A stretch of DNA of 64,000 nt from Thermoanaerobaculia bacterium (lineage in GTDB: Bacteria; Acidobacteriota; Thermoanaerobaculia; Gp7-AA8). Position numbers and translations under genes: made by a program. Location: contig DASYLL010000012.1 in assembly GCA_036009605.1 (NCBI GenBank), positions 4,810-68,809 of the forward strand, written 5' to 3'. Below, in pieces: positions 55,523 to 64,000 of this stretch (positions within the stretch are counted from its first letter, which is position 1; each line of letters begins with the position of its first letter). The notes beneath the pieces are model-generated. The model did no database searches. It was not told the origin of the DNA and saw nothing but the letters and a program-made list of their open reading frames with translations.

Positions 55523-57710
55523 CGGCTCGTCGTCGTTCGAGTGGCTGCACGAGCGCGTGCGCCGCTGGATCTGGGACCAGCAATGGTCCGAGCTCCGCGA
55601 CGTGCAGGAGACGGCCATCCGCACGATCCTCGGCACCAACGGCGACGCGATCATTACCGCTGCGACCGCAGCCGGAAAAACAGAAGCCGCGTTTCTGCCG
55701 ATCTGCTCGACGCTCGTCGACGATGAGACTTCGACCGGCGTGCAGGTGTTGTACATCGGACCGCTGAAGGCACTGATCAACGATCAATGGCGCAGGCTCG
55801 ACGGTCTGTGTGAATCGCTTGAGATTCCGGTGCATCGCTGGCATGGCGATGTGACCTCGTCCGCGCGCATGCGACTGATCCGGCAACCCGACGGCATCCT
55901 GCTGATCACACCCGAATCTCTCGAAGCGATGTTCGTACGACGCGGCTCCGAAGTCGGGCGCATCTTCGCGGGATTGCGCTTCGTCGTCATCGACGAACTG
56001 CACGCATTCATCGGCAGCGAGCGCGGCATGCAGTTGCAATCGCTGCTGCATCGCATCGAGCTCGTGTTGCACCGGACCGTGCGAAGAATCGGACTGAGCG
56101 CGACGCTCGGTGACATGACCATTGCCGCCGATTTTCTTCGTCCTCCGAATCGCCGCACGACACCACCGGAAGTCGTGAAATCCGAGGAAGCGGGCGCCGG
56201 GATGAAACTGAAGCTCTACGGTTTCCGTCGCGCGCTGAAGCCCGAGATCGAAGTTCCCGAGGAAGACGAAGAAGACGAAACCGCGCGCTCGATCGCACAG
56301 CATCTCTTCAAAAACCTGCGTGGCGCAAACAATCTCGTCTTCGCAAACGCGCGCGGCAGCGTCGAAAAGTACACCGATCTTCTTTCGCGCATGTGCGAGT
56401 CCGCGTCCCTGCCGCAGGAGTTCTTCGCGCATCACGGCAGCCTCTCGCGCGAGCTGCGCTTCGACGTCGAAGATCAACTCAAGCGGGGCGATCGACCGCT
56501 CACCGTGATCTGCACGAGCACGCTCGAAATGGGTATCGACATCGGTGCCGTCACGAGCGTCGCGCAGATCGGCCCGCCGCCGAACGTCGCCTCGCTACGC
56601 CAACGCCTCGGCCGCTCCGGTCGTCGCGGCGAGCCCGCGGTGCTGCGCCTGTACATCGAAGAAGCGACCGTCACCGAACGCAGCTCGCCACAGGAAGCGA
56701 TCCGCGCCACGCTCGTCGAGACGATCGCGATGATGAACCTTCTGCTCGAGAAATGGGTCGAACCGCCGCCTGCCGGCATGCTGCACGGCTCGACGTTCGT
56801 GCAGCAATTTCTCTCGCTCATCGCGCAACACGGCGGCGTGTCTCCCTCGGACGCCTACGCGATGCTCTGCGCCGGCGGACCGTTTCACGAGCTATCGAAG
56901 CCAATGTTCATGGGCCTGCTGCGCACGTTGAGCTCGCACGAGCTCATCGAGCAAACGAGCAATCAGGAGCTGCACCTCGGCGCGAAGGGCGAGAAGTACG
57001 TCAACACGCACGACTTCTACACGGCCTTCTTCACCGCCGACGAATATCGCCTCATGACCGCGGGAACGAACCTCGGCACGCTGCCGATCGTGAATCCGAT
57101 CGACGAAGGCTCGTTCCTCATCTTCGCGGGACGGCGATGGCGCATCGTTTCCGTCGATCAGGAGAAGCGCGTCATCGATCTCGTCGCGGCAGGCGGAGGT
57201 CGCGTGCCGATCTTCGACGGTGCGTCGCGCGGCAACGTACACGATCGCGTGCGTCGCGAGATGCTCGCCATCTACACGACCACGGACGTTCCGCGTTACC
57301 TCGACGCGACCGCCTCGGATCTCCTGCACGAAGGACGCGAAAACTTCGCGCGCTATGCACTCGATCGCACGTCGTTCATCCGCGCCGGTGATGGTGCGCT
57401 GTACTTTCCATGGTACGGCAGCCTGGCGATGAACACGCTCGTGCAGCAGTTCGCGGCGCGCGGCATTCGCGTCTCGGCCGAAGGTCCCGCGATCGCTGTC
57501 GAGAAATGGTCGCCGGAGAAACTGCGCGACGCAGTCGACGCGTGCGAGAGCGAGCGGCCGGTCGACACACTCGCTCTCGCGGCAAACGTCAAAAACAAAG
57601 AACAGGAAAAGTGGGATTGGGCACTCGACGAAGAGACGCTCTGCGCGTCGTATGCGAGCCGAAGCCTCAGTCGAAATCCCCTCAGAGGCGCGCTTCGAAA
57701 ATCAGATTGA
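55494..57710 (+). CDS. Lhr-like DExH-box SF2 helicase (SngC-like)
   Basis: Motif I AATAAGKTEAAFLP, motif II VVIDELHAF, motif III LSATLG, motif VI QRLGRSGRRG. Overlaps the ATPase gene by 29 nt. Confidence 0.85.
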   Translation: MTISPPSGSDGSSSFEWLHERVRRWIWDQQWSELRDVQETAIRTILGTNGDAIITAATAAGKTEAAFLPICSTLVDDETSTGVQVLYIGPLKALINDQWRRLDGLCESLEIPVHRWHGDVTSSARMRLIRQPDGILLITPESLEAMFVRRGSEVGRIFAGLRFVVIDELHAFIGSERGMQLQSLLHRIELVLHRTVRRIGLSATLGDMTIAADFLRPPNRRTTPPEVVKSEEAGAGMKLKLYGFRRALKPEIEVPEEDEEDETARSIAQHLFKNLRGANNLVFANARGSVEKYTDLLSRMCESASLPQEFFAHHGSLSRELRFDVEDQLKRGDRPLTVICTSTLEMGIDIGAVTSVAQIGPPPNVASLRQRLGRSGRRGEPAVLRLYIEEATVTERSSPQEAIRATLVETIAMMNLLLEKWVEPPPAGMLHGSTFVQQFLSLIAQHGGVSPSDAYAMLCAGGPFHELSKPMFMGLLRTLSSHELIEQTSNQELHLGAKGEKYVNTHDFYTAFFTADEYRLMTAGTNLGTLPIVNPIDEGSFLIFAGRRWRIVSVDQEKRVIDLVAAGGGRVPIFDGASRGNVHDRVRREMLAIYTTTDVPRYLDATASDLLHEGRENFARYALDRTSFIRAGDGALYFPWYGSLAMNTLVQQFAARGIRVSAEGPAIAVEKWSPEKLRDAVDACESERPVDTLALAANVKNKEQEKWDWALDEETLCASYASRSLSRNPLRGALRKSD

Positions 57711-58749
57711 ACGGCGTCTCCGCCGCGCGCCGGAAATGCGAGAAGCCCGCTTTGCGGAACACCTCGGCGAGACGTGCCTCCCCTGCTTGCGCGCCGAGGA
57801 CCAGTTGGCCGCCGTCGGAGATCGCATGGGCACTGCAGATGGCGGCCGAGGCGGCGTAGTACATCCGCGCGACCGGCGAGATGTTGTCTTCTACGCGATC
57901 GCCCGCGAACGGCTCGATGAGCATGACCGTGCCGCCGGGAGCGAGCGCGCCGGCGGCATAGCGCGCGGCGCCAACCGGATCGCCCATGTCGTGCAATGCA
58001 TCGAAGAAACAAATGAGGCCGTAGCCGTCGGCGGGATAGTCGACGGCGCGGGCGGTATCGAAATGCACGCGATCGCCGAGACCGGCATTCGATGCGAGTC
58101 GCGTCGCTTCATCGATCGAAGGCGCGTGAACGTCGAAGCCGTGAAAACGCGATTGCGGAAACGCGTGCGCCATCAGCATCGTCGAGTGACCGTGTCCGCA
58201 GCCGACATCGGCGACGGTGATTCCGGCTTCGAGCTGATTCACGACACCTTCGACCGCGGGCAGCCACTGCGAAAGGAGACTGCCGCTGTAGGCGTTGCGA
58301 TAGAAGGCCGCGACGCCGCTGTGGAGACGCGCGTCGTGATCCCCCCAACTGACGCCGGCGCCGGTGCGAAACGCGTCGAGCGTTCTCTCTTCGTCGAACC
58401 ACATCGACGCCGGCACGTTCCACGCCGGTGGAAGAAACAGCGGACTCTCTTCGTCGGCCAGGACGATCGCCTGCTCGGGAAACAGCTCGTAGGTATCGCT
58501 CACCGCGTGGTAACCGACGTAGCCTCCCGCGACCTGCGAGCCCAGCCACTCGCGGACATATCGCTCCGCGCATCCGCTGCGCGACGCGACCTCGTGAGAG
58601 GTCAGCGGTCCCGCTCCGGACATCGCTTTGTAGAGACCGAGTTTGCTGCCGACGCTGACCATCACGCCGCCATAACCCGCGGAGAGATCGCCTATGGCGC
58701 GGACGAGAAACGATTCCAGTTTGGTCTGATCGATTGCTTGTGCGTTCAT
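57682..58749 (-). CDS. Class I SAM-dependent methyltransferase with N-terminal wHTH-like dimerisation region
   Basis: ORF 57682..58863, trimmed to MNAQAID (ATG at 58749, GGAG SD). SAM motif VADVGCGHGHS. FFDALHDMGDP. Confidence 0.8.
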   Translation of the reverse strand: MNAQAIDQTKLESFLVRAIGDLSAGYGGVMVSVGSKLGLYKAMSGAGPLTSHEVASRSGCAERYVREWLGSQVAGGYVGYHAVSDTYELFPEQAIVLADEESPLFLPPAWNVPASMWFDEERTLDAFRTGAGVSWGDHDARLHSGVAAFYRNAYSGSLLSQWLPAVEGVVNQLEAGITVADVGCGHGHSTMLMAHAFPQSRFHGFDVHAPSIDEATRLASNAGLGDRVHFDTARAVDYPADGYGLICFFDALHDMGDPVGAARYAAGALAPGGTVMLIEPFAGDRVEDNISPVARMYYAASAAICSAHAISDGGQLVLGAQAGEARLAEVFRKAGFSHFRRAAETPFNLIFEARL

Positions 58750-58856
58750 CTTTGTTGCTCCTGCTCGCCGATTTGAAGTTGTCCGGCGACGCACCTCATA
58801 ATCGGATCGATGGCGCGTCCGCGGGAGTGGCGGAATCGCCCTGAAAAGGTTCATTC

Positions 58857-59879
58857 GTGCCACAACCAGCCAGCGTCGGATCGAATCCCCGTCACGTCAG
58901 CCTCGTCGCCCTGCCCGATGCAGCGGTCTCCACGCTGTTCGGCATCTACGACGTCATGAACGGCTTCAGCAACTTTCTCGGCTCCGGCCAGAGCGCGCCG
59001 TTTCGCATCGAGATCGTTGGCGAGACAGCGGGTCGCGTTGCACTGGCGAGCGGCGTATCGGTCGACGTGCAGCGCACCATCGACACGATCGAGACGACCG
59101 ACATCGTGATCGTTCCGTCGCTGTTCCTGCAGCCGGGCGGATGGAAGAAGGAGCGCTATCCGCGTCTCGTCGAATGGCTGCGCGCGATGCACGAACGCGG
59201 CGCGCTCCTCTGTTCCGCGTGCTCCGGAATCTTTCTTCTGGCGGAGACAACGTTGTTCGACGGAAAAGACGCGACCGTGCACTACGGCTACGCGCGGTCC
59301 TTCACGACGACGTATCCGGCTGTTCCCATTCATCCGGAACGCGTGCTCGTGATCGCCGGCGCGCGAGAGGAGCTCGTGAGCTCGGGCGCATCGACGACGT
59401 GGCACGATCTCGTGCTCTATCTCATCGCGCGCTATGCCGGCGCGACCACCGCGCAGGACGTCGCGCGCATGTTCGCGCTGCAATGGCATCAGGACGGCCT
59501 CACGCCGTACATGATTTTCGAAGGGAAGAGCGATCACGGCGACGGCGACATTCAGAGCGCGCAGCAATGGCTGCGCGAGCATTTCTCGGTGGCCAGTCCG
59601 GTCGAGGAAATGGTCCGGCAATCGAGACTCGCCGAGCGGACGTTCAAACGCCGCTTTGTCGCGGCGACCGGACTCACGCCGATTGCATACATCCAGCGCC
59701 TGCGCATCGAAGATGCGAAGCGGCGCCTCGAGCGTACCGAGGCGCCGGTCGACGAGATCAGCTGGCGCGTGGGCTATGAGGATCCGGCGTTCTTTCGGCG
59801 GCTGTTTCGACGCACGACCGGACTCGCACCGGGCGCGTATCGCAAGCGTTTCCGGATTCCTGATTTCGCGCGGACGTAA
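58857..59879 (+). CDS. GlxA-family transcriptional regulator (DJ-1/PfpI domain + AraC-type HTH)
   Basis: GTG start. LLCSACSGIFLLAE nucleophile-elbow-like. C-terminal IAYIQRLRIEDAKRRLE...ISWRVGYEDPAFFRRLFRR. Confidence 0.85.
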   Translation: MPQPASVGSNPRHVSLVALPDAAVSTLFGIYDVMNGFSNFLGSGQSAPFRIEIVGETAGRVALASGVSVDVQRTIDTIETTDIVIVPSLFLQPGGWKKERYPRLVEWLRAMHERGALLCSACSGIFLLAETTLFDGKDATVHYGYARSFTTTYPAVPIHPERVLVIAGAREELVSSGASTTWHDLVLYLIARYAGATTAQDVARMFALQWHQDGLTPYMIFEGKSDHGDGDIQSAQQWLREHFSVASPVEEMVRQSRLAERTFKRRFVAATGLTPIAYIQRLRIEDAKRRLERTEAPVDEISWRVGYEDPAFFRRLFRRTTGLAPGAYRKRFRIPDFART

Positions 59880-59888
59880 CACGCGTTC

Positions 59889-60335
59889 TCATGAGACGCG
59901 CACCGCGTGCCGGTTCAGCACGTATTTGTCGAACGCGTATTTCCAGGGCACCGCCAGCATCATCAGCGGAACCCACATGAACACCTTCGCCATCCCCTCG
60001 GCACGCGACCCTGCCAGTTGGCCGACCGTCCACAACGGATAGGCGACGAAGAGCAGCCAGACGGATTTGTAGAGGACGATGAAGATCGCGATCGGAAGCA
60101 ACTTCAGCGGCCGAAACACGCCGAAGATCGACAGCAATGAGTACGACGCGAACATGCTCCACGCCGCGGCCCTCATCGGGTCCCATGCTCCTTGATGCTT
60201 CAGCAGATAGGACCACGCGTCAAAGCCGACGAATAGAAACACCAACAAAAACAACGTTCGCAGCAGATAGATGTGGATCGGCCGCACACCCTCGTAACGT
60301 TCAGTATTGGGTCGAAAGACATAAGAAATCGCCAT
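59889..60335 (-). CDS. Hypothetical membrane protein (4 TM)
   Basis: ATG ORF with hydrophobic segments LRTLFLLVFLFVGF, AAWSMFASYSLLSIFGVF, LLPIAIFIVLYKSVWLLFVAY, VFMWVPLMMLAVPW. Confidence 0.55.
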   Translation of the reverse strand: MAISYVFRPNTERYEGVRPIHIYLLRTLFLLVFLFVGFDAWSYLLKHQGAWDPMRAAAWSMFASYSLLSIFGVFRPLKLLPIAIFIVLYKSVWLLFVAYPLWTVGQLAGSRAEGMAKVFMWVPLMMLAVPWKYAFDKYVLNRHAVRVS

Positions 60336-60490
60336 GTTCGTAATCTCCTGTCGCGAATATCGGCGCTACGCGCGAACAGGCCCACCTGATTGCGACGAAC
60401 AGCGGTTTTTCGGGTATGAGCGTGCGGTCTGGCGCAGCAACCAGCGCTGCCGGCCGCGCCGGCCCGCCGGAGGCCCCCGGTCGTTCTCCC

Positions 60491-61258
60491 TCACATCTGC
60501 CGAAAAACATGCAGGTAATTGCGACTGACGGGCAGGACGTCCTTGCGGCCCTTGAGGTGAATCTCGGCGGTCTCGTTGTCGTGCCTCCGGATGTGACTGA
60601 TCGAGTGGAGATTCACGACGACCGATCGATGTACCTGCACGAACTGATTGGCGTCGAGCTGCGTGATGAGCTCCTTCAGCGGGATGCGCACAACCGCCTC
60701 GCCACCTCGCCAGGCGATGACGGTGTACTTCGCGTCCGAGCGGACGTAGTCGATCTCGTCGACCGGGATCATTCGCACGATCTGTCCCACCTGCGCGCGA
60801 ATCCAGCGAAGGGACGTCCCCTGCAACGCGGCCAGCTGCGCGGCGAGCTGCTGCAACAGCACTTCGGTGTTTGTCGCCGGACGCGCCGCTGCCAGACGTT
60901 CCCTGAGCCGCGCGACCGTTTCCTCGAGACGCGCCGGCTCGACCGGCTTGACGAGGTAATCGAGCGCGCCCTGTGCGAACGCCTGCACGGCGTAATGGTC
61001 GTATGCGGTGACGAACACGAGATGCGCGCGGCGGCCGATATGGTTCGCCGCATCCATTCCCGACAAGCCGGGCATGTGCACGTCGAGAAAACAGACGTCG
61101 GGCTCGAGCTCGTCGAAAAAGTTGATGGCCTCGCGGCCGTTGCGCGCCTGCGCCACGATCTCCAGTTCGGGCCACGCCTGTGCGAGCTGGCGCGCCAGCG
61201 CTTCGCGCAGAAGAGGCTCGTCGTCGGCGATCAGTGCGGTTGGGTGCGCGTCCATCAA
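60491..61258 (-). CDS. LytR/AlgR-family response regulator (receiver + LytTR DNA-binding domain)
   Basis: ALIADDEPL...VCFLDVHMPG receiver. LytTR IPVDEIDYVRSDAKYTVI...QVHRSVVVNL. Confidence 0.9.
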   Translation of the reverse strand: MMDAHPTALIADDEPLLREALARQLAQAWPELEIVAQARNGREAINFFDELEPDVCFLDVHMPGLSGMDAANHIGRRAHLVFVTAYDHYAVQAFAQGALDYLVKPVEPARLEETVARLRERLAAARPATNTEVLLQQLAAQLAALQGTSLRWIRAQVGQIVRMIPVDEIDYVRSDAKYTVIAWRGGEAVVRIPLKELITQLDANQFVQVHRSVVVNLHSISHIRRHDNETAEIHLKGRKDVLPVSRNYLHVFRQM

Positions 61259-62373
61259 CTCGTCCCTGCCACTGCCGGCATCTCCAGTTCTGCGCAGACC
61301 CCGCCGTGTTCCTGCGACGTGATCCTCAGCTCCGCGTCATCGCCGAACATCAGTTGCAGACGTTCGCGAAGCGCGGAGAGACCGCTGCGCAAACCGTGAT
61401 CCGTTGCATGCAGACCGATGCCGGTGTCGCTGACGCGGATCACACAGCGATCGCCGCGCCGCTCGACGTGAATGTCGATCGAGCCGCCTTCCTCACTCGG
61501 GTCGATGCCGTGACGAACGGCGTTCTCGACGAGCGTGAGCAGCGTCGTCGGCGGACAGCGAAGGGAACGCGCGGAGTCGTCCACGTGCAGCGCGTATCGC
61601 AGACGATCGGGCATACGCATGTGCATCAACTCCAGATAGGCCTCGACCAGGCGCAGTTCACGGCCGAGCGTTGCCACCGGCTCGTGGAGCAGCGGCACGG
61701 CCGCGCGGAGATAGTCGATGAGACTGCGCAGCACGGACGAGGCACGAGGCGATCCGGTGTCGACCAGGGCCTGAACATTCGCCAGCGTGTTGAAGAGAAA
61801 GTGCGGCGCAACCTGCGCCTGGAGCAGCTGCAGACGAGCATCGAGCGCCTGACGTCCGAGCTCACTTCGCTCCAGTTCAAACGCGAGCGCCTGATGTCGC
61901 GCCATCGCTTCCTTCTGCCGCACCAGCGCTGCCAGCGCCGTCCAGGGCGCGACGAGAAGGGCGAAGAACGTGAGCATCATCCAGCCCTCCATCCGGTCCG
62001 GATCCTCCCAGTACGGCGGAGCGCCCGGTCTGGTGGACAGGATCCAGATCGACACAGTGGAAAGCGGAACGGACACGCCTACGGCGACGACCTGGAGCAC
62101 CCATCGCGGCAGCCACCGCGGCAACCGTTTCGGCCAATGCTCGAGGACCGAAAACACGAGCGTGGCGATGAGTCCCACCGCTGCCGCACGCATGACGATC
62201 GAGGCGATCCCCTCCCGCCATCCCTGTCCCAGGAGCCAACCCAGCGCAGCGGAGAGTGTCAGGGCGACAACCACGCGCCGCCACCCATGCGCGATGGGGA
62301 GGTCGGTGGTTGGAGCGAGCGAGGTCATTGACGTTGATGGTGCGGCCGTGCGCCGCGGTGCGTCAACGGCCAT
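61255..62373 (-). CDS. LytS/YehU-type sensor histidine kinase (membrane domain + His_kinase + HATPase_c)
   Basis: ORF 61255..62889, trimmed to ATG 62373 (or 62328). QVAPHFLFNTLANVQAL H-region, LVENAVRHGI N-box, DTGIGL. The stop overlaps the regulator start (ATGA). Confidence 0.85.
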   Translation of the reverse strand: MAVDAPRRTAAPSTSMTSLAPTTDLPIAHGWRRVVVALTLSAALGWLLGQGWREGIASIVMRAAAVGLIATLVFSVLEHWPKRLPRWLPRWVLQVVAVGVSVPLSTVSIWILSTRPGAPPYWEDPDRMEGWMMLTFFALLVAPWTALAALVRQKEAMARHQALAFELERSELGRQALDARLQLLQAQVAPHFLFNTLANVQALVDTGSPRASSVLRSLIDYLRAAVPLLHEPVATLGRELRLVEAYLELMHMRMPDRLRYALHVDDSARSLRCPPTTLLTLVENAVRHGIDPSEEGGSIDIHVERRGDRCVIRVSDTGIGLHATDHGLRSGLSALRERLQLMFGDDAELRITSQEHGGVCAELEMPAVAGTS

Positions 62374-62421
62374 GCGACGAAACGCGGTTTTGGCGCGCTC
62401 GTAAGCACCTCGTAAGTGGCC

Positions 62422-64000
62422 ATGACCATCATTCGCGTCCGGGCAGCCAAGGCTGTCGTGAATCGGAGGTCTTGCTTGCGGTCTCGTATCTCGCTGTTGA
62501 TGTTTCTCGGTCTCGTACTCTTCGTGGTTGCCGACAGCGCGGCCGCACAGGGACGTCGTCGCGCCGTGCGGTCGGGTGTTGGAACCGCACCGGCCGCGCA
62601 GATCACCACGTTTGCAGTCATCGATCAGGCCGTGGCCGAAAGCCGCATCTCGCCCGATCAGGCCATGCTCTACAAAATCTTCACGATCTATGACGATCCG
62701 CGTCTGCCGCAGGAAATGCGCGGCGACGACAGCGGCATCGCCGACACGATCTACATGAGCGAAGTCGCCGCGAAGTACGAAACGCTGCCGGTCGACGTGC
62801 AGATGCAGGTCGCGCCGTTTCTGATTCCGCCGTTTCACAAGAACAGCTGGTACGAGTTGCGACAGCAGCAAACCACACAGCCATTTCAATCCCTCGGCAT
62901 CACGCCGTACGGCTTCGGCATCGAGCGGCCGTGTACCGACTGCCCTCTCAGTTTCGAATGGGAATTCGTCCCCACCGCCAATGGCAAAGTGAAGGTCTGG
63001 TACTTCGCCAGCAATGCGCTCGACAAGCTCAAGGCCCAGGGATTCGCTGACGAGATCGACCAGGTCATCTGGCCGAAGCTCAAGGGACTGATGGGACGCG
63101 AGCCGCTGCCGGACGACGGCGAAGGATGGCTCGGCGCTGCGATGGGCGGCGACTCGCGTCTCGATATCGCGCTGGTCGACATCGGACGCAGCATCACCAC
63201 CGCGCGATTCAGCAACAAGTGCAATGGCGCCGCATGGGCGTCCATCCAGTTCAACAAATCACGGCCGCGTGAAGAGCTCGCGCACGAGTTGATGCATGCC
63301 TTTCAGTACGCGTTCAACGTGAAAGTCCGCGGCGGCGACTGCACGGGCGAAGGCGAATACCGCTGGCTCATGGAAGCGACCGCGGAATGGGTCAAGGATT
63401 ACATCTATCCGGGCTCGACATCACCGCATAACGAACACTGGGCGACCCCGCACTTTCTGCGCGAGCCGGAAGCGCCGCTGAACCATCAGCAGGATCCGCA
63501 CTGGTATGGCGCATACCTGTTTCCCTTCTTTCTCGCGCGATTGAAAGGACAGACGAACATCGTCGGACAGGTCTGGGCGAATACCGAGGGTGTGGCCAGC
63601 CTGCCTGCGATCGAGCAGGCGTTGCAGCCCCTGGGCGGTTTCGAAAAGGTGTGGCCGGAATTCGTGCTCCACAACTGGAACGAGGATCCGGTCGACGACT
63701 ACAAGAAGATCGATCAGCTCAACGCCCGCCCGAAAGAATCCGGAGACACGCTTCTCAAAGGCGCCGAGGTCGATCAATACGCGACGCTCAACGTCGAGTT
63801 GCCGCATCTCTCCGCGTCCTACAAACACTTCGTCTTCAATGACAAGGTGAACTCCTTCGCGTTCCTCAATGGCCTCACCTTCGTTCTCTCCACCGAGCCG
63901 CGCGTTCTCATGAACACGTTCGACCTCGGCCATCAATACAAATGGACCGCCGTGCCGCCCGAACAGAAAAAGGGTGCATCCGTGCAGGCGATTCTCAAGA
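62422..64000 (+). CDS. Exported HExxH protein (putative metallopeptidase), 3'-partial; absent from the supplied ORF track
   Basis: My own translation from ATG 62422 is open to the window end (526 codons) with GC-rich third positions. TM/signal ISLLMFLGLVLFVVADSAAAQG. LAHELMHAFQY HExxH near 63280. The minus-strand ORFs 62886..63257 and 63421..63936 are its shadows. Confidence 0.65.
   Translation, partial: MTIIRVRAAKAVVNRRSCLRSRISLLMFLGLVLFVVADSAAAQGRRRAVRSGVGTAPAAQITTFAVIDQAVAESRISPDQAMLYKIFTIYDDPRLPQEMRGDDSGIADTIYMSEVAAKYETLPVDVQMQVAPFLIPPFHKNSWYELRQQQTTQPFQSLGITPYGFGIERPCTDCPLSFEWEFVPTANGKVKVWYFASNALDKLKAQGFADEIDQVIWPKLKGLMGREPLPDDGEGWLGAAMGGDSRLDIALVDIGRSITTARFSNKCNGAAWASIQFNKSRPREELAHELMHAFQYAFNVKVRGGDCTGEGEYRWLMEATAEWVKDYIYPGSTSPHNEHWATPHFLREPEAPLNHQQDPHWYGAYLFPFFLARLKGQTNIVGQVWANTEGVASLPAIEQALQPLGGFEKVWPEFVLHNWNEDPVDDYKKIDQLNARPKESGDTLLKGAEVDQYATLNVELPHLSASYKHFVFNDKVNSFAFLNGLTFVLSTEPRVLMNTFDLGHQYKWTAVPPEQKKGASVQAILK

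Noticed and set aside
54380-56477. Minus-strand ORFs 54380..55780 (466 aa) and 55443..56477 (344 aa)
   Set aside because: They are antisense to the P-loop ATPase and DExH helicase genes, which carry Walker and helicase motifs.
58858-58875. Possible sigma-54 promoter on the minus strand (tggcacgaatgaacc)
   Set aside because: It has TGGCAC but no TTGC at the required spacing, and it overlaps the GlxA start codon.
57652-59882. ORFs 57652..58776 (+, 374 aa) and 58851..59882 (-, 343 aa)
   Set aside because: They are antisense to the SAM methyltransferase and GlxA/AraC regulator genes respectively, both of which are motif-supported.
62886-63936. Minus-strand ORFs 62886..63257 and 63421..63936
   Set aside because: They lie antisense to the long open plus-strand frame starting at 62422. 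That frame has a signal/TM segment, an HExxH motif and better third-position GC.

Overview
GC-rich bacterial chromosomal segment. Gene content suggests Acidobacteriota: a large VWA protein of the acidobacterial type, many exported hypothetical proteins, and S74 'tail-fibre' proteins. All calls rest on reading the supplied ORF translations and the DNA by eye; no BLAST, HMM or folding was run. I support about 55 protein-coding genes, 2 tRNAs (Val-TAC, Asp-GTC), 2 probable pseudogene remnants, 3 unusual intergenic palindromic 'word-repeat' elements and a few regulatory sites.

Layout:
- 1-23.9 kb: housekeeping and signalling genes. These include two-component systems, alkaline phosphatase, an RRM RNA-binding protein, a VWA protein, a GspE/PilB ATPase, RlmI, Usp, an AI-2E transporter, LysR, HtpX, TerC and RfbC.
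- 23.9-33.3 kb: tRNA-Asp followed by a terminator, an AT-richer junction and a decayed integrase fragment. This opens an accessory-looking block that holds an orphan lipoprotein and a frameshifted caspase-like remnant. It also holds a translationally coupled FHA/sigma-54 activator plus Ser/Thr kinase pair, then a near-consensus -24/-12 promoter driving three tightly packed genes for exported proteins.
- 33.3-45.7 kb: mixed genes (GT39-like glycosyltransferase, TetR-ADH, DUF2975/XRE, ABC transporter, VOC, secreted S74/beta-propeller proteins, CASTOR/POLLUX-like channel, OM barrel).
- 45.8-57.7 kb: the most interesting block. It contains a pair of apparently cytoplasmic proteases (astacin-like HExxHxxGxxHE and S41). 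Next comes a 1116-aa RecB-like nuclease/SF1 helicase. Divergent from that is a three-gene operon: a TerB-N/TerB/TerB-C protein, a P-loop ATPase and an Lhr-like DExH helicase. This operon matches the architecture named Shango (SngABC).
- 57.7-64 kb: methyltransferase, GlxA/AraC regulator, a LytS/LytTR two-component pair, and a long HExxH ORF running off the window end. That ORF is absent from the supplied ORF track.

Many long ORFs in the track are antisense 'shadow' ORFs typical of high-GC DNA and were rejected.
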